Shown in pieces: positions 1 through 12,559 of a stretch of 64,000 nt of DNA. The DNA is from Camelus dromedarius (Eukaryota). The stretch is taken from contig NC_087437.1 of NCBI RefSeq assembly GCF_036321535.1, forward strand, positions 88,104,001 through 88,168,000. The letters run 5' to 3'. Below the pieces are notes generated by a model. It made no database searches. It was not told the origin of the DNA and was given only the letters and a program-made list of their open reading frames with translations. A program made the translations under genes and the position numbers. Each line of letters opens with the position of its first letter. Within the stretch, counting starts at the first letter, position 1.

Positions 1-399
1 CTATGACAGTGAAAAGTCAATTGCAACAACCATAGATTGGTTAGAAAACAGTAAAAAGGGATAGGGATGAAGGTCTGAGTTTCACTGAAGTGAAGCAACC
101 TGGCCTAGTGGGAACGCTAGCCCAGAGGGGCGCACCAAACAGTGGCTGCCGCAGACGTGGGCCGCTGCACGGCAGATACAGGCCCGGGACTGATGGCGGC
201 AGCAGGGACTGCAGGCTGTCCCATCAGCTTTCTGTTGTTAGTATTTCATTTCATTTCATTTTAAAATTTTGACCGGCCACTAAATTGAAGAGTAGTGACT
301 AGACAGTGGGGAAAGTGTGCAGTGCAAAGGGTAGGTTACTGCAGGCCGTTGGCGTCCAACCCACATCCCCTGTGTAATTATGTTTCCCATACAGACTAA

Positions 400-810
400 T
401 AGCTTCTTCTTCCAAGCGCTGTGACCCTTAGCTAGAGAGTGTCTTGGATCTCAGGAGGGTGCTTGGCCATACATGGGGACGACTGGAATGTCCAGGGAGC
501 TAATGACTGCGGAAACTGCCCTTAGCCAGTGAGGGGCTGGAGCTGGTGGGCAAACACCCAGCTTTTCTGCTTTGTGAATGGGACAAGTCTGAGGCCTGCT
601 TTATGGCTCCCAGAAGGGCCCAGTGGGATTTAGCCTCATTGTCCAAAGTGATAACCTGTTCCTTAATATGTCCTGTCCTGACTTTCTTCCTCTCCCTGTC
701 TCACTTCTGCTTTTCCTTATTGGTGCTATTTGTAGTCAGCATCAAAATAAAATATTTGTACTCAAACCCTTGGCTCAGGGTCTGATTCTGGGAAAATCCA
801 GCCTAAAATG
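400..810 (+). mobile_element. ERVL LTR16-like solo LTR remnant
   Basis: The 3' end aataaaa...ctcaaacccttggctcagggtctgattctgggaaaatccagcctaaaa resembles the LTR16 family terminus. Confidence 0.55.
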
Positions 811-1039
811 ATTTTGATATGTTCCCTTTAGAGAGGATCAGTATCTTAGCCCTCTCTCAACTCCCATCAGTCTTTCTAACCATGGTAACATTACCACTTG
901 TTTATCTCAGAATCCTTACTGATGCATCTTTTTTTTTTTTTGCCTCTTTATAATGTTTCTTCTTTATTTTTTTGGTAGTGATCATATAAACAACAGTAAA
1001 TGTTATTAATTGTTCATTTCTGTTCTTTCTGGAATGTTT

Positions 1040-1295
1040 CTTCCAAAAGTGTTTGTGTGATAAAACTTCTGAGACTTGTATTCTTTAGAGCGTCTTCACC
1101 TTACCCTCACATCTAAATGATCACCTAGATATAAAATTCTAATTCAGAGTTCCTTGAGCACTTTCAGATGCATGCTCTGTGGTCCCCTTGCCTCTGCTGT
1201 TGCTGTTGAGAAGCCTGATGTCATTTTAATTCTTGTTCTATTGTAGATGTCTTGGTGCATCTCTCTGAAACCTTTTAGAGTATTTTTTCCTTGTA
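1040..1295 (-). mobile_element. Old L1 fragment (ORF1-like region)
   Basis: ctgttgagaagcctgatgtcattttaattcttgttct is typical of antisense L1M sequence. Confidence 0.45.
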
Positions 1296-1396
1296 CACAT
1301 TTTATTTTTTACAATAAATGAAAGAGCAAATCATCCATATACTATATTGTTAACATATACATACAATATTTGGCATTTAAAAATGATCTATCCTTC

Positions 1397-2800
1397 AGTG
1401 GAACAGATTAGAGAGCCCAGAAATAAACCCACACACTTACGGCAAATTAATCTATGACAAAGAAGGCAAGAATATACAATGGAGAAAAGACAGCCTCTTC
1501 AGTAAGTGGTGCTGGGAAATCTGGACAGCCACATGTAAAAGAATTCAACTAGAACACTGTCTAGTATTATATACAAAAATAGACTCAAAATGGATTAAAG
1601 ACCTAAATGTAAGGCCAGATACTATGAAACTCCTAGAGGAAAACATAGATAGAACACTCTTTGACATAAATCACAGCAACATATTTTTTGTTCTGTCCTC
1701 TAAAGCAAAGGAAACAAGACCAAAAATAAACAAATGAGATCTAATTAAACCTAAAAACTTTTGCACAGTAAAGGAAACCACTGACAAAACGAAAAGACAA
1801 CCTACGGACTAGGAGAAAATATTTGCAAGTGATATGATAAGGGGTTAATATCCAACATTTGTAAACAGCTCACAACTTAACATCAAAAAAAAAAAAACTG
1901 ATTAAAAAATGAGCAGAAGACCTGAATAGACAGTTTTCCAAAGAGGACATGCAGATGGCCAACAGGCACATGAAAAGATGCTCAACGTTGCTAATTATCA
2001 GGGAAATGCAAATCAAAACCACAATGAGTTATCATCTCACACCTGTCAGAAAGGCTATCATCAAAAAGAACATAAATAAATATTGGCAAGGATGTGGAGA
2101 AAATACACTGTTGGTGGGAATGTAAATTGGTACAGCCACTGTGGAAAACAGTATGAAGGTTTCTCAAAAAATAAAAATAGCACTACCATATGACCCAGCA
2201 ATTTCACCCCTGTGGATATGTCCAAAACAGCCCAAAAACACTGATTCAAAAAGATACATGCATAACATGCATCCTAATGTTCATAGCAGCGTTATTTATA
2301 ATTGCCAAGATATGGAAGCAACCTAAGTGTCCATCAACAGATAAATGGATAAAGAAGATGTGATATAATACTTAGCCATAAAAAAGAATGAAATTTTGCT
2401 ATTTGCAACAATATGGATGGACTTAGAGGGCATTGTGCTAAGTGAAATAATTCAGACAGAAAATGACAAATACTGTATGATATCACTTATATGCGAAATC
2501 TAAAAAATACAATGAACTAGTGTATATAACAAAACAGAAACAGATTCACAGAGAACAAACTAGTGGTTACCAGTGGGGAGAGAGAAAAAGAGAGGGGCAA
2601 TGTAGAGGTAGGAGATTAAGAAGTACAAACAAATATGTGTAAAATAAGCCATAAGGACATATTGTACAATACAGGAAATACAGCCAGTATTTTGGAATAA
2701 CCATAAATGGACTATACCCTTTAGAAATTGTGAATCACTATCTTGTACACCTGTAACTTATATAATATTGTACATCAAGTATACTTCAATAAAAACAAAC
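1397..2800 (+). mobile_element. 5'-truncated LINE-1 (ORF2 C-terminus plus 3'UTR)
   Basis: It starts tggaacagattagagagcccagaaataaacccacacac, contains the typical aagcaacctaagtgtccatcaacagat motif, and ends tacttcaataaaaac. Confidence 0.92.
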
Positions 2801-2880
2801 AACTTCACGCATTCCTCCCCTGCCCCAAACAACCTCTCCTACCATTAAAGAGAAATGGATCGCCGTATTTGAATGGGAAA

Positions 2881-3260
2881 TGTGGCAGCCATGAAGGTGT
2901 CAGCTTAGATTGCTCCTCAAGAGAAAAGCTGCCAAGAGATGGACAGTGAGCTGACAGCCTCCAGCTGCGGAGCCTTTAGGATACACCTCAGGGTTCAAAT
3001 CCAGGCTCAGCCGTCTTCAAGCAGCGCCCTGGAGAGACCAGGCACAGCAGGGTACTTCAGCACAGCAAGGTCCTCCCGATTGGAAACTCTGTGGGCAGCC
3101 TTTGCACCGGTGCGCCCCGCTGAGCTGACCGAGACCTTCTCAGAGCTGCTGTGGCGTCTGTGGCTCTTCCTCCCCAGGCTCTGGGCCTTCCCCTTTCACC
3201 TTCACAGGTGGCGGGTGTGTGCTCTAGATTGCAGACTCCCTCTGATGACTTTTGCTCTTT
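2881..3260 (+). mobile_element. ERVL-type LTR remnant (LTR16/LTR33 group)
   Basis: It starts tgtggcagccatgaagg and contains agctgacagcctccagctg, as in old ERVL LTRs. Confidence 0.45.
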
Positions 3261-4959
3261 GCTCTTGATCTTGCTCAGGTGTTACCTTCACTGTAGCTCT
3301 TGCATTTCTAACTCCACCCTAGTGTCTGCTTCTGGGATGACACAGACAGGACAAAGTGAATGTGCCTGTGTGGTATTTATTTAAGTAGAAAGCTCAGCCC
3401 AGAAGACTTGCCATCTGATCACTTTCCATATGCTGCCACGGGAAATGTACCACTGTTACCCAGCATGCTCTGCCTTCCTACTCCTTGTCCCACGGAGCCT
3501 TGCAGTGAAATGGATTTTGAGCTATCAAAAATAGATACATTTTTATTATAGAGCAATAAATTCTTTTTATTATAGCTTTCCCTGGCTTGATATATAATGT
3601 ATTTCATATTTATAGTATAAAAAGAATACAAATGGGAATCTAAAAAATACAACAAACTAGTGAATATAGGATAATTATCCCTTTAACCCATTTGTAATTT
3701 ACCAAACAGACTCTTTTTTGTAGATCACAGTAGATCTCAGCTTGGAAATTGGTTTGGCAGTACGGATTTGGTCATTTCTGTTTACTTTTTTGGCTTTAAG
3801 AAATCTGTGAGTGGTTTCTGACTCATTTAGAGTTAACATTTTCCATCTTCAATGTGTTGCTACTTTACAAAACACTAAGACTAAAGAATTCAGATGCCAA
3901 TAACTCACAGTATCTTTGTAAACTGTACAAGAAAATTATAAAGAAGACTGAAAATATAACAATAAGAATTGTTTTCAAAGAGCTGATGAATTTTGGAAAC
4001 CCTTTCTACAAATGCAATTTCCATGTTTATTTTTATATTAAAGCATATTGATTGGTAAACATAAAGGACCCCTTTAGCTATGCTCTTAGTGCAACTGTTG
4101 AGATGCCAAATAATTTTTGTTAAACACAGAATTCATTAAAACACCAAAAAAATTTATAGCTACTCCTCTATCTCAATCAATTCAAATTACTGGAGTTTAT
4201 AGTAGAAAGATTATATTTCTCTAGTCTAAAGCCTTTCTCCAGTTACAGGTATTTTAGCCTGTCAATAAGTAAATTGGAGACATTTCATGAAAACCATGTG
4301 GTTTGTAGTGGTCTAGTGGTCTGATTATGATTATTTACATTTCAATTTTTACCATGTATTAATCTGCATACTGACTTCTTTGCTCTGTAGTAGCATCAAA
4401 TGTTTGGTGCCAGTGTACTTATATAAAATAGACTACTGTGGTGGTACTTTTCTGAGTTCACTGTTTATTTTTTGTGTCCACAAAAACCACAGAGCTACTA
4501 GGTGTCACATGACAGCTGCATTGCAGCAATTTTTTTGCTCAAAGCCACATGTACTTGAGCCCCAGTGTAGTGGATTCTTACTGTATGTATTCCAAGGCTT
4601 ATCCCTAGAAGAAAAATGCCCAGAATATCTCAGGCACTCTTTCAGAATTTTTTTTTTGAAATTGGAAATGTTAAATTTAATTTCAATATAATAAAGACAG
4701 AAAAACAGCAACCAACTTGTCACATCATGTAGTAATTTTAACATAAAAGGTTTAAACTTATTTATCTTGCCAACATTTTCTCCATTACATATAGCCTTTA
4801 AAAAAGACATCAGAAATCTGTGGGATGTATTTTATAAACAAACAAGGTAAAAATATAAACTCTTGAATTTCTGGTGCTGGAGTTAATTCTACATTAAAGG
4901 GGCTCAAGCTATTAATAGTAAAATAGAAATTGTAAGAAATCCTTTGATAAGAGTGAGAA

Positions 4960-5350
4960 AAATAAAGCATTTTAGCAGCTGAAGATGTACCAGGGTTAGA
5001 GTGGTAAACAAAGCAGTCTCTGCTCTCATCAGACATATTTTAAAGGAGACACACAATGAACAAATATTTATACGATTTAATGTCAGATAGTGAGCAGTGA
5101 AAGGAGTGACTATTAATAAACCATGTACCCAGAGAGGAACTATTTCAAGTAACTCAAAAAAAAAAAAAAAAAAAAAATAGGAGGTGCCTGAAGAACCCTC
5201 CTGATTCCAGCTGATTCCAGATCTTGGGCAGGAATATTTGTACAAGATAACCTTCGAATCTCTCCTTGCACCAGAAAGTAAGAATTATTAAAGACTACAC
5301 AATGTTATGTCAAAAGGACTCAGAAGCCGACTTGAAGAAACTCCTTATCA
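4960..5350 (+). mobile_element. L1MC-like 3' region, segment 1 (continues at about 5800-5872, 9887-10540 and 11134-11370)
   Basis: It contains the aaaggactcagaagccgacttgaaga motif and an A22 run at 5156-5177. Confidence 0.55.
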
Positions 5351-5790
5351 GCCTATATTCAAGTAAGAGAAGAGCCACAATTGTTATGGGAATAAAAGGG
5401 TTTGCTAAGAGAATTTGTATTTACACAAATGTGGAAAGGCTGAGAAAGCAGCCAAAGGCTCACAACACTAATGTCTTCAGCATGAAGCTCAGATCAGTTT
5501 GAAAAGCAAGCCTTCCAGAAGACTCTGAGAAGCTGTCAATCTACCTACAATGACTTCGAAGTGAGACAGGTCTGTGAAGTGAATTAATTTGGGTGTGGCA
5601 AACTCCTGAGAAGAACAACTTCTGCTTGCACTTCCAACTTTCAAATTTTGCCTGAGTTCCTGTCATTGACAAACTCTGACCCCAAACCACACAGGAAAGG
5701 GAATCTGGGAAATGTAGTTTCCAGTCTTAGAGGATGTGGCAGGAGTTTCCAAGTAAACTGTGGCAGGGGTTCCAAGCAAACACGTCCTAA
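5350..5790 (-). mobile_element. LTR33-like ERVL LTR remnant
   Basis: gggaatctgggaaatgtagttt is the reverse complement of the aactacatttcccaga motif also seen at about 36135. Confidence 0.4.
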
Positions 5791-5872
5791 TACAGACAAT
5801 TTGAATACTATCAGTAAGAATAACTGCGATTGACTAAAATACATCAAACACGATTAAATCTGTGAGTTAATG

Positions 5873-6285
5873 ATCGTAAGATTGACTGTAAAAACAGCCT
5901 CAATTATTTCCTTCCCTGTATCTCTTCCCCTTACAACATGACTGCAGTTCCTCTCTTCAGGAGGTAGAGTATTTTTCCCCATCCCTTGAATCTGCATTGA
6001 CCCTGAAACTCTCTTTGACCAACAGAATGCAGCAGAAAGGACACATGTCAGTTCTGAGTCTAGTCCCCAAGAAGCTCTACCTGCTTCTGCTTGCTCTCTT
6101 AGACAGCTGTGCTCTCATGTTCACAACCCCACTTCCACATTGTGGAAAAGTCCAGGCTAGCCGGCTGGCCAATGAGAGATTTACATGTCACAGAATTAAG
6201 TCTCTCAGCTGAGGTCACTCTATACCAGCCAGCCACCTGCTGACCAGCAGAGATCAGCCTGGAGAAGCTGAACTGCCCCGCTTAT
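5873..6285 (+). mobile_element. MLT1 (MaLR) LTR, 5' part; the 3' end resumes at about 9808-9886
   Basis: ggaggtagagtatttttccccatcccttgaatctg...tttgaccaacagaatgcagcaga matches MLT1. The terminus tgttttaagctattgagttt...caatagctaactga appears after the L1. Confidence 0.7.
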
Positions 6286-6644
6286 TTTTCATGCCTATTT
6301 TTAAAGCAGTTTTATTGAAGTATAACAGACATTCAGCAAACAGCACATATTTACCCTCAATGACGTGGTTAAGTTGTGACATGTGTGCACACATACAACC
6401 ATCACTGTGATGTTTTGACAGATGTATCCATCTTCCTTATTTAACTTCTCTGTGATTAAAGAACATACATTATATGACTTTAATAGTTTTGTATTAATTG
6501 AGGCTTATTTTGAGGCTTGGAATATGGTCTTTCTTGGTAAATGTTCCACGTGCACTTGAAAAGAATGTGTCTCCTGCTATTGTTCAGTGGAGCAGTCTAT
6601 AAATGTCCATTAGGTCAGAGTGGTTGTGCTCAGCTAATCTCTGT

Positions 6645-7248
6645 TATGCATCAGAAACTCTTCTTTAAAGACAAAAATAATAAACATTTTAGGCTTTGCA
6701 GGCCACAGAGTCTTTGTCATAATTATGCAATTTTTAAAATACATCTTTTTGGGGGGGGGGGGTTGGGGGTAATTAGGTTTTTTATTTGTTTATTTTAATG
6801 GAGGTACTGGGGATTGAACCCAGGACTTTGTTCATGCTAAGCATGTTCTCTACCACTGAGCTATACCCTCTCCCCTAATTATGCAACTCTTAAGGTGGAA
6901 GTTTAAAGTAATTTATTTGAGATATTTTTTTCTTTTCTTATATTAACACTTAGTGCTATACCTTTCTAAGTAGTGCTTTAGTGGTGTTTCACAAAGTTTG
7001 ATATTGTTGGTTTTTATTTTTATTCTGTAAAACATATGGGCACCTAGTGCTATAAATTTCTCCCTAAATACTACCATTCTGTTATAATATGAAAACAGGT
7101 ATCATCTGTCATAATGTGAAAGAAGCCATAGACAATACATACAAGTGGGAAAAAAACCAGTCTTTAACCTAAAAAATGTTAGTTACAAAAACTGGTAGGA
7201 CAGGGAGTGGATGGATTTAGCTCTCAGGCCATAGATTGCTGAACTCAG
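6645..7248 (+). mobile_element. MER58A-like hAT DNA transposon, split by a SINE and an L1 fragment
   Basis: The 5' half contains aaacattttaggctttgcaggccaca. The 3' half contains gaagccatagacaatac...ggatttagctctcaggccatagattgctgaac. Confidence 0.7.
6738..6875 (-). mobile_element. Camelid-type tRNA-derived SINE (Vic-1-like)
   Basis: The minus strand reads ggggagagggtatagctcagtggtagag...gggttcaatccccagtacctccatt (A and B boxes). The TSD taattatgcaa is at 6720-6730 and 6876-6886. Confidence 0.88.
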
Positions 7249-9886
7249 AACAATGACTGATTTTCCACGTACTTGTTCCATCAAATATCAAGGTAACAGT
7301 ATTGAACTCTCTAAATATACTTGTGGACTTGCCTACTTCTCCTTACAGTTCTATACATTTTTGCTTCGTGTATTTTGAAGCTCTGCTATTAGGTGACTAA
7401 ACATTTAGGAATGTTTTGTCCTTTTGATAAATTGACAATTTTATCATTGCAAAATGACATTCTTTACCCTGGTAAAACTCCTTGTTCTGAACTCTTTGTA
7501 TGATATTAATATAGCCATTCTAACCTTCTTTAATTATTAATAGCATGATATATCTCTTTCCATTCTTTTATTTTTAGCCTACTTGTATCTTTATATTTGA
7601 ACTGTGGTTGGTTTTTTTTTTTTTTTTTTTGTAAGCAGTGTAGAGTTGGGTCTTGATTGACAGTTCTTTCTTTTAATTGGGGTATTTAGATAATTTGCAT
7701 TTAACGTGATTAGTATGGGTAGATTTAAATCTATCATCTTGATTTTTTTTTTCTATTTTATTCATCTGGTCTTTCCATTTTACTGATCTGCTCTTTTTCT
7801 CCCTTCATTTGGTTTATTTTATATAATTTTATTTCCTTTGTTTCCTTATTAGCTATAACATTGTTTTGTTATTTTAGTGGCTGCTTTAGGTTTTATAGTA
7901 TACACCTTTACTTTATCAGCCTATCTTTATAGCAAGAGAACCTCACAATAGTATATTCTTCTTTTTCTCCTCTCCTGACCTTTGACTTATTGTGGTCATC
8001 ATGTTGTTTTTTTTGTTGTTGTTGTTTGTTTTTGTTTTTTTGTTTTTTTCATTATTGTTACATACTTTGTCTGTTATAAACTCCATACTACATTGTTACT
8101 ATTTTTGTTTAAATAATCGATTATCTTTTAAAAGGTTTAAATAATAAAGAAACACTCATTTATTTACCAATGAATTTACCATTTCTGGAGTTCTTCATTC
8201 CTTCCTGTAGATTATGTTTCCACCATTTTTCTTCTAACTGAAGGATTTCCTTGAGTATCTCTTATAGTGTGGATATACTGGAGATCTTTCAGCTTTTGTA
8301 TTTCTGAAGATGTCTTTATTTTACCTTCATTTTTGAAACATTTTTTCCTGAGTATTGAATTGACACTTTTTTCTTCAGCACTTCCATTGTCTTCTTACTT
8401 GCATTGTTTCTGACAGGAAATCTGCTGTCATCTGAATTTTTTCCCCTCTGTATATATTGTGTATTTTTTGTCTAGTTGCTTTTAAGATTACTCTGGTTTT
8501 AAGCAGTTTGATTATGATGTGCCTTGGGATATTTTTATTCACGATTCTTGTGCTTGGGGTTTGTTGAGCTTATGAATCTGTGGCTTTATAGTTTTCAGGG
8601 ACTACAAGTGCATGCAGATTAGTATGCTTAAATTGTGCCACAGCTCACAGCTTTGTTCACTTTTTAAAAATTACTTCTCTGATTTATTCTAAATAGTTCT
8701 TAAATTGCTGTATCTTCAAGTTTTACTAATTTTAAGTTTTGAAATCTCTAATCTGCCATTAATCATATTCAACAGTTTCATTTCACACATTGCAATTTTA
8801 ATGCATTAAATCATTTAATCATTTAATCATTAATCATAAAAGTTTGATTTGGGTCTTTTTAATATCTTTCATGCCTCTTCTTAACTTTCTGAATGTATGA
8901 AATACAGTTATAATAAATTGTTTGATATTCTTGTTTGCTAATTCTAACATGTATGTCTATTCTGGATGGGTTTTGATTAAGTGGCTTAATCAAAATGGGT
9001 CTTATTCGCCTGCGTCTTTCCATGCCTAAAAATACTTTATTGGATATCAGACAATATAAATTTTACCTTGTTGGGTACTGGATATTTTTTGCATTCTTAT
9101 AAAAATTCTTGAGCTTTGTCTGGGTTACAGTTATGTAACCTGAAAATAATTTGACTTTTCAACTCTTGAATTTAAGATTCTTAGGTGAGACCAGCTCAGT
9201 CCTTAGTCCAGTGCTAAGTACTCTTTACTGGTGAGATAAGGCCCTTCCATGTACTATTCCTAGTGCTTTATGAGTCATGGGTTTTCCATTCTGGCTGGTG
9301 AGGACAGGCACTCCCTGTGGCCCTGTGTGAGTGCTGAGCACTGCTGCTGCTCATCTTTTCTGCTGGTTCTTCTTCTGCCGCAGGTAGTTTCCTCACATGC
9401 ATGTGCTAATCAGTACTCAGTGACACTTGAGGATGTCCCTCTGCTTATCTCCACAGTTCTCCCTATGAACAGCTCTCTTCTCTGGTACTGTGTCCCATGA
9501 TCTCTAGCTTCTTTGGATTCACTAAAATTGTAGTTGCATCTCCTCAACTCAGGAAGTGTGCTGGGATCTGCCTCAGCTTTCCCTCCCCATACACAGCCTC
9601 TAAATTCCCTCAAGTCAGTACAGTGGGGCACTCACTGAGCTTACCTTGCTTGTTCCCTGTCTCTCAGACATAACTATCCTTTGTGGTCTAATGTCCAGTA
9701 TCTTACAAATTGGTTTTTTTTTTTATGTATTTTGTATTTTTTAAGAATTATTTTAGGCAGAAGGGTAATCTGGGCCTTGTTTCTCCATCATGGCCTGAAG
9801 CAGAAGTGCTTTATTGTTTTAAGCTATTGAGTTTGTAGGGGTGGAGAATGGGTGAGCTTTTTCACTCAACAATAGCTAACTGAGAT

Positions 9887-11370
9887 AAATAAAAACACTA
9901 CCTGGTAACTGCTACAGGATGCTAGTGAACTCGTTATTCTGAAATTTAATTAAAAAAAAGGGAAGCCAACCCAGCATTTATCCTGTCTTTTCTATATGAA
10001 ATCTATTGCTAAATAACCAAAAAGTTGATGAGGGGGAGTTTCTCTTTATAGTAATATTCCAGTTAATAAATTAAGATAGAACAACAGAATTGGAATTTAT
10101 CATTTTGTAACTCCTAGTGCATTAATAGATCTAGGAAGTACCCACCAATTTCTGCCTACATCACTAAAGCAGACAGCGTACTTTCTGTTGAAAGAACACA
10201 ACCCCTACGATGCCATTTCATGAAGAAAACCTCGTGTGATCCAACCGCCACGTCACAGGAAATACGGAAGACAAGAGGAATGTAGTAATCAAACTCATCA
10301 GCAAGTTCCAGAGTGGAAAACCATCTAGAACAAATGAGCAAGCTTTCTTCAATAGACAGACTGCAGGGGAAAAGGCAGGGGAGGGAGACCAAGAAGGAAT
10401 TTACAGATTACAAGAGAATTAAGAAACTTCTCAACAAATCAGTTATATATCTTATTTAAATATTGATCAAACTAGGAAGAAAATGATATTCATAAGTAAA
10501 TTGCCAATTTGAACACTACTTCCTATATTAAAGATGAAATGTTTTCCAGTTTTACTGAGAAATAATTGACAAAACATCAGTGTGTGAGTTTAAGGCATGC
10601 AATATGATGGTTTGAGTTACATATATTGTGAAGCGATTACCACAGTAGGTTCAGCTAATATCCATCTTCTCATATAGATGCAATAAAAGGAAAAAAAAAA
10701 AAACAGAAGAAAAGGAAAAAGGAAGAAAAATTCTCATTATGACGAGAAATCTCAGGAGTTACTCTCTTAATGACTTTCTTATATATCACATGGCAGTGTT
10801 AGCTACAGCCATCATATTGTGCATTACATCCCTAGTACTTATTTATTTTATAACTGGAAACTTGTACTTTTGACCACCTTCCTCCAACTCACTCTCCTGC
10901 CACCCTGTGCCTTTGGTAACCACAAGTCAGATCTCTCTCTGAGTTCTGTTTCTTCTCTCTCACTCTTCTCCACACTTTCTCTCTTAGATTCCACACATAA
11001 GTGAGATTATACAGTGTTTGTCTTTCTCTGACTTATTTCACTTAGCATGACATTTTCAAGGTCCATCCATGCAGTTGCAAATGGTAAGATTTCCTCTTTT
11101 CTCATGGCTGAATAATATTCCATTGCATATATACCAAGATGTATTATCTTGTTTTCAGTTGTAATAATGGCATTACAATTGTTTAATTTGGTAGAGATAC
11201 AGATGAAGCATTTATAGATGAAAAGATTCAATGTCTGGGAATTACTTCAAAATAGTGTAGGAGGGGAAAGTAGATGTGGAATTAGATGAAATAAGTTTGC
11301 CCATGGATTAGGCAGCTGCTGAAGCTGTTCTGCTGACTTTTCTATATCTGGAATTGCCTACAGTAAATGT
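9887..11370 (+). mobile_element. L1MC-like 3'UTR continuation, interrupted by a younger L1 at 10541-11133
   Basis: aaccaaaagttgatgaggggga...attaatagatctagg and the terminal agatgaaataagtttgcccatgga motif are recognisable. Confidence 0.55.
10541..11133 (-). mobile_element. L1 3' end, antisense
   Basis: It contains ttagattccacacataagtgagat...tctctgacttatttcacttagcat...atggctgaataatattccattg. Confidence 0.85.
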
Positions 11371-12559
11371 GGGGAAAAGCGACAGTATGACAATGAGCAC
11401 CGTTTTATTAGGGGGAAGCAGGAAAGGCCTCTCTTTTGAGAGAAGACTTTTGAGAAGAGGCTTGATGAAAATGAAGTTGCGAAACGAGGATTAAAATAAG
11501 TAAGTTTCTAGGATTTTTCAGTTGGGAAGTCACTGGTGACCTTTACAATTTCTTGGTGGAGTGTGGATGGTGAAGTCTGAGTGCACTGGCTGAAAATGAG
11601 CAGAAGGGAGTGTTCTTTCCAGTCGCTCCCTGCAAAGGGCAGGGGAGAGCAGTGGTGGGGAGGACACTGCGCACGTGTATCTGAAACCATACAGGATCTG
11701 CCATGTCTCTGCTAGGAATTACCATCTGGGTCTTAGCTCCCTTCCCGGGGCCACTTTTTCTGATCTTGTTTCCTTTCAGCTTCAGGTAGCTTTTTTTCCT
11801 GCCCAGCTGTCCTCTTCAGCAATGCACAGTTTCTTTAGGGAGCTGCCGTTAAGTCCCATGTCACTTCTCAGGCACCACAGAAGTGACTGCCAGAACTCCT
11901 GTGCTGTTGGAGGCTTTTATTTCTTTGGCTTTTGCACAAATGGATTCTTCAACTGCTTCCTCCGTCTGTCTGCTGTCCCCTATCCTGACTTCTGGCTTCA
12001 GTGTTCACTTCCCATTTTCAACATTGCCTTACCTTTCAGACTAGCTTTTCAGCATTGTCGGCTTATCCGTAATCTTGTCTGCCTGTTTACCAACAATGAG
12101 GTCCTTTCAGTACACTGCTTGGGGCTGCTTGTCTCAGCCCAGCGCCAGGAGCTATGCAGTTTTCTGAACATACAGCAATGAAAACCATGGAGTAGATGGT
12201 TAACCTACAGTTAACCTACAGTTCTGGATCACCTCCTTGGTAAAACCACAGCCATTTCATGCCCAAACTAAAGTCCCCCCCGCAGTCGTCCCCCCCCCCC
12301 CCCCCCATGGCTAGCCAACCTGGCCCTGGAAACAGAACATTACTCTAATAGCTGGAATGAATCCCTGGGTCGTTAACCATTAACAGAGACCAGGGCAGAG
12401 CTGCTGGCTCTGCATTCAGAGGCCCAACCCCCACGCCCTGAAAGCCCTCTGGGCTCTGCACTGTTTTCCCCGGTTCAGTCCTGCTCCTTTCCAAAGTTCT
12501 GTGCGATAAGGTGGGACGTGTGCACAGAGCACTTTTGCTGAACCATGATGTATTAATGA

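Larger units (their letters stand above)
6290..9807 (-). mobile_element. Old L1M element, antisense, with 5' end, ORF1, the start of ORF2 and a 3' end
   Basis: The minus strand at 9807 begins acttctgcttcaggccatgatggag (L1M 5' terminus). An endonuclease-region motif lies at about 6530-6625, and the 3'-end motif ttttattgaagtataa at about 6310. Confidence 0.8.

Noticed and set aside
11675..12181. 168-aa ORF
   Set aside because: It starts at GTG, its Phe/Leu/Ser/Cys-rich composition reflects pyrimidine-rich non-coding DNA, and I recognise no homology.
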